A DNA stretch of 64,000 nucleotides, taken from an uncultured Planctomycetota bacterium (GTDB taxonomy: Bacteria; Planctomycetota; Phycisphaerae; UBA1845; UTPLA1). The translations under genes were made by a program, and so were the position numbers. Below are positions 62,308-64,000 of the stretch, piece after piece. The notes beneath the pieces are model-generated. The model made no database searches and was not told the DNA's origin. It was given only the letters and a program-made list of their open reading frames with translations. Location: the NCBI GenBank assembly GCA_900696465.1, contig CAADGE010000046.1, forward strand, positions 77,858-141,857, written 5' to 3'. Every line of letters begins with the position of its first letter. The stretch's first letter is position 1.

Positions 62308-64000
62308 TCAGGGTTCCTCCTCGATTCGGACGGCGCGGTTCGCCACGATCTTCGGCATGTGCGATGGAGACGGGGCATCTGCCTTCGCAGCATCTGTCGA
62401 CGTGATGGTCGCATCTCCTGCTTCGCCAGCATTCACGGCCTTCATCGGTCGCGGCATCGCACGCGGAGAACCGACTGGAACGGTCGCCGGCGACGGCGCC
62501 GGCTCGACCAGTTCTTCCTCTTCGTATGTTTCCGCCGGTGGATCACTGAACATCGGCCGCGGCAGCTCGTATTCCGTGGGCACTTCAAAATGCAGCGGAA
62601 CATCCTGCAGCCGTTCGATCTGCTTGAAGTGCGGCTTGTACATCTCGTACACGCGGCGATCGCGATCGTCGATTTCCGTCGCCGATTCGGCGTGCGCGGT
62701 GAGGAAGACCAGCAGGTCCACGCGCTCGCTCCGCGGATTCTCCTGCCGGAAGATCGCGCTGATGCCCGGCAGATCGCCCAGACCGGGCACCTTGTTGACC
62801 TGGTGTATCTTGCGATCGCTGATAAGACCGCCGAGAACGATTGTCTGACCATCCTGCATGATGACGCGGGTGTCGAGTTCGCGGGTCCGGATGCGCGCCA
62901 CGCGCAGACCCGTCGTGCCGACGACATCGTCGCCCAGGGCGCTGGTGGCCGGATGGACCAGCATGCTGATGCGGCCGTCGAGCATGATCGTGGGAGTAAC
63001 TTCGAGCTGCACACCAACGGGAATGTATTCGCTGAATGCCTCAGTCACGGTGCCGAAGTCGGTGATGGTCGCCTGAAGGATGGGGTAGCGCTCGCCGACG
63101 AGAATGCTCGCGCTGTGGTTGTTGTAGACCAGCAGGCGCGGATTGGCGAGCAGGCGGATCGAGCTGTCCTGCTGATTGGCCCGAACCAGTGCGGTGAACT
63201 GCGAGAAGTCGATTGATCCCAAGGCCAGTCCGCTGTTGGTCTGCGGCGTTCCGCTTGGGTTGTTGTAGGTCGACGGTCCGCTGGCAAAGCCGGCACGATT
63301 CCGGATCGGCCACTGGTGGTTGATAATCGGCCCGTTGGCCAGCGCGCTGACGTTCCAGTCGATGCCCAGCTGCCGCTGGAGATCGGTTGTCATCTCGACG
63401 ATGCGGGCCTCGATCAGCACCTGCGGCGGCATGCGGTCCAGATCGGCGATCAACTCGGCGATCTGGTCCACGTTTTCCTTCACGTCGGTCACGACCAGCT
63501 TTCGGGCGTTTCTCGGCAGAACGGGGCCGCTGTTCTGCATTGGGCCGGCGATGCGTCCGCCCGGCCCGCTTTGCTGTGCCGGCCCCTGTCCGAATCGGCC
63601 GGCAGCAGACGCGGCGGCGCCACCTCCTACGCCGCCTGCATCCGTAAAGTTGCCAGCGAGACTCGTAAGACTCTGTACGCCGTAGGCGCTGTCGCTGTTT
63701 TCGTTGAGCACTTTCATGCGGCCGTGCCGACTGAGGGCGAACTCGAGGGCATCGCGTACCCGTTCGGCATCCTGACAACGAAGCTGGAATACACGGGTGA
63801 CCAGCGGCGGACCGGACGGTTCGCCGGTTTCCTGCGGAGGCCGTGCCACAGTGATGACACCATCCTCGACCGTGTAGATGAACCCGTTGTTAACTGCTAT
63901 CGCGCGCAGCGCTGTGTGAACATCCACGTCATCCAGATAGACGGAGACCTCGCCTTTGACCTCGGGACCGATCACCAGATTCAGACCGCCCTGGCTGGCC
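62308..64000 (-). CDS. type II/type IV-pilus secretin family outer-membrane channel (GspD/PilQ-like), 5' end beyond the window
   Basis: Secretin core: PPQVLIEARIVEMTTD..., LLANPRLLVYNNHSASILVG, ELDTRVIMQDGQTIVLGGLI......V.KVPGLGDLPGISAIFR......R.DLLVFLTAHA. The frame remains open from 63975 to the window end. Confidence 0.85.
   Translation of the reverse strand, partial: ASQGGLNLVIGPEVKGEVSVYLDDVDVHTALRAIAVNNGFIYTVEDGVITVARPPQETGEPSGPPLVTRVFQLRCQDAERVRDALEFALSRHGRMKVLNENSDSAYGVQSLTSLAGNFTDAGGVGGGAAASAAGRFGQGPAQQSGPGGRIAGPMQNSGPVLPRNARKLVVTDVKENVDQIAELIADLDRMPPQVLIEARIVEMTTDLQRQLGIDWNVSALANGPIINHQWPIRNRAGFASGPSTYNNPSGTPQTNSGLALGSIDFSQFTALVRANQQDSSIRLLANPRLLVYNNHSASILVGERYPILQATITDFGTVTEAFSEYIPVGVQLEVTPTIMLDGRISMLVHPATSALGDDVVGTTGLRVARIRTRELDTRVIMQDGQTIVLGGLISDRKIHQVNKVPGLGDLPGISAIFRQENPRSERVDLLVFLTAHAESATEIDDRDRRVYEMYKPHFKQIERLQDVPLHFEVPTEYELPRPMFSDPPAETYEEEELVEPAPSPATVPVGSPRAMPRPMKAVNAGEAGDATITSTDAAKADAPSPSHMPKIVANRAVRIEEEP

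Overview
The window is visibly GC-rich chromosomal DNA with short AT-rich intergenic islands. Its gene content points to a Planctomycetota-like (PVC) bacterium: a DUF1559/prepilin-type N-terminal protein, two PEP-CTERM proteins, several sigma factors, and giant Cys-rich surface proteins. I support about 47 protein-coding genes.

Main blocks:
- Envelope and LPS genes: FabI, a GT9 heptosyltransferase, three tandem Kdo/WaaP-type kinase genes carrying four kinase domains, GT4, PlsY, an LpxL-like acyltransferase, Lnt, and a GT-C glycosyltransferase.
- A minus-strand prenylquinone late-step operon (UbiD-like, UbiE/MenG, UbiX-like) with two uncharacterised membrane proteins embedded by start/stop overlap.
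- Housekeeping genes: QueA, a DEAD-box helicase, an aspartate aminotransferase, an ADP-forming acyl-CoA synthetase, and an MscK-like channel.
- Regulatory modules: an ECF sigma / anti-sigma / PDZ protein set, a second sigma-70 family gene next to an atypical receiver, plus PilZ and HDOD proteins.
- A surface-protein neighbourhood at about 52.4-60.7 kb. It holds a 1759-aa Cys-rich protein with an internal 429-aa tandem module duplication and a P-domain but no visible protease domain. Downstream is a PEP-CTERM protein that is a free-standing copy of one of its domains. A divergently transcribed secreted protein carries a dockerin-like tail.
- A secretin gene, truncated at the right edge, coupled to TPR-protein and HDOD genes.

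I found no rRNA, tRNA, CRISPR array, transposase, integrase or recognisable defence system by eye. The long antisense ORFs look like GC-driven artefacts. The best candidates for undescribed biology are the surface-protein module and the two unknown membrane proteins inside the quinone operon. Both are inferences from sequence reading, not database results.
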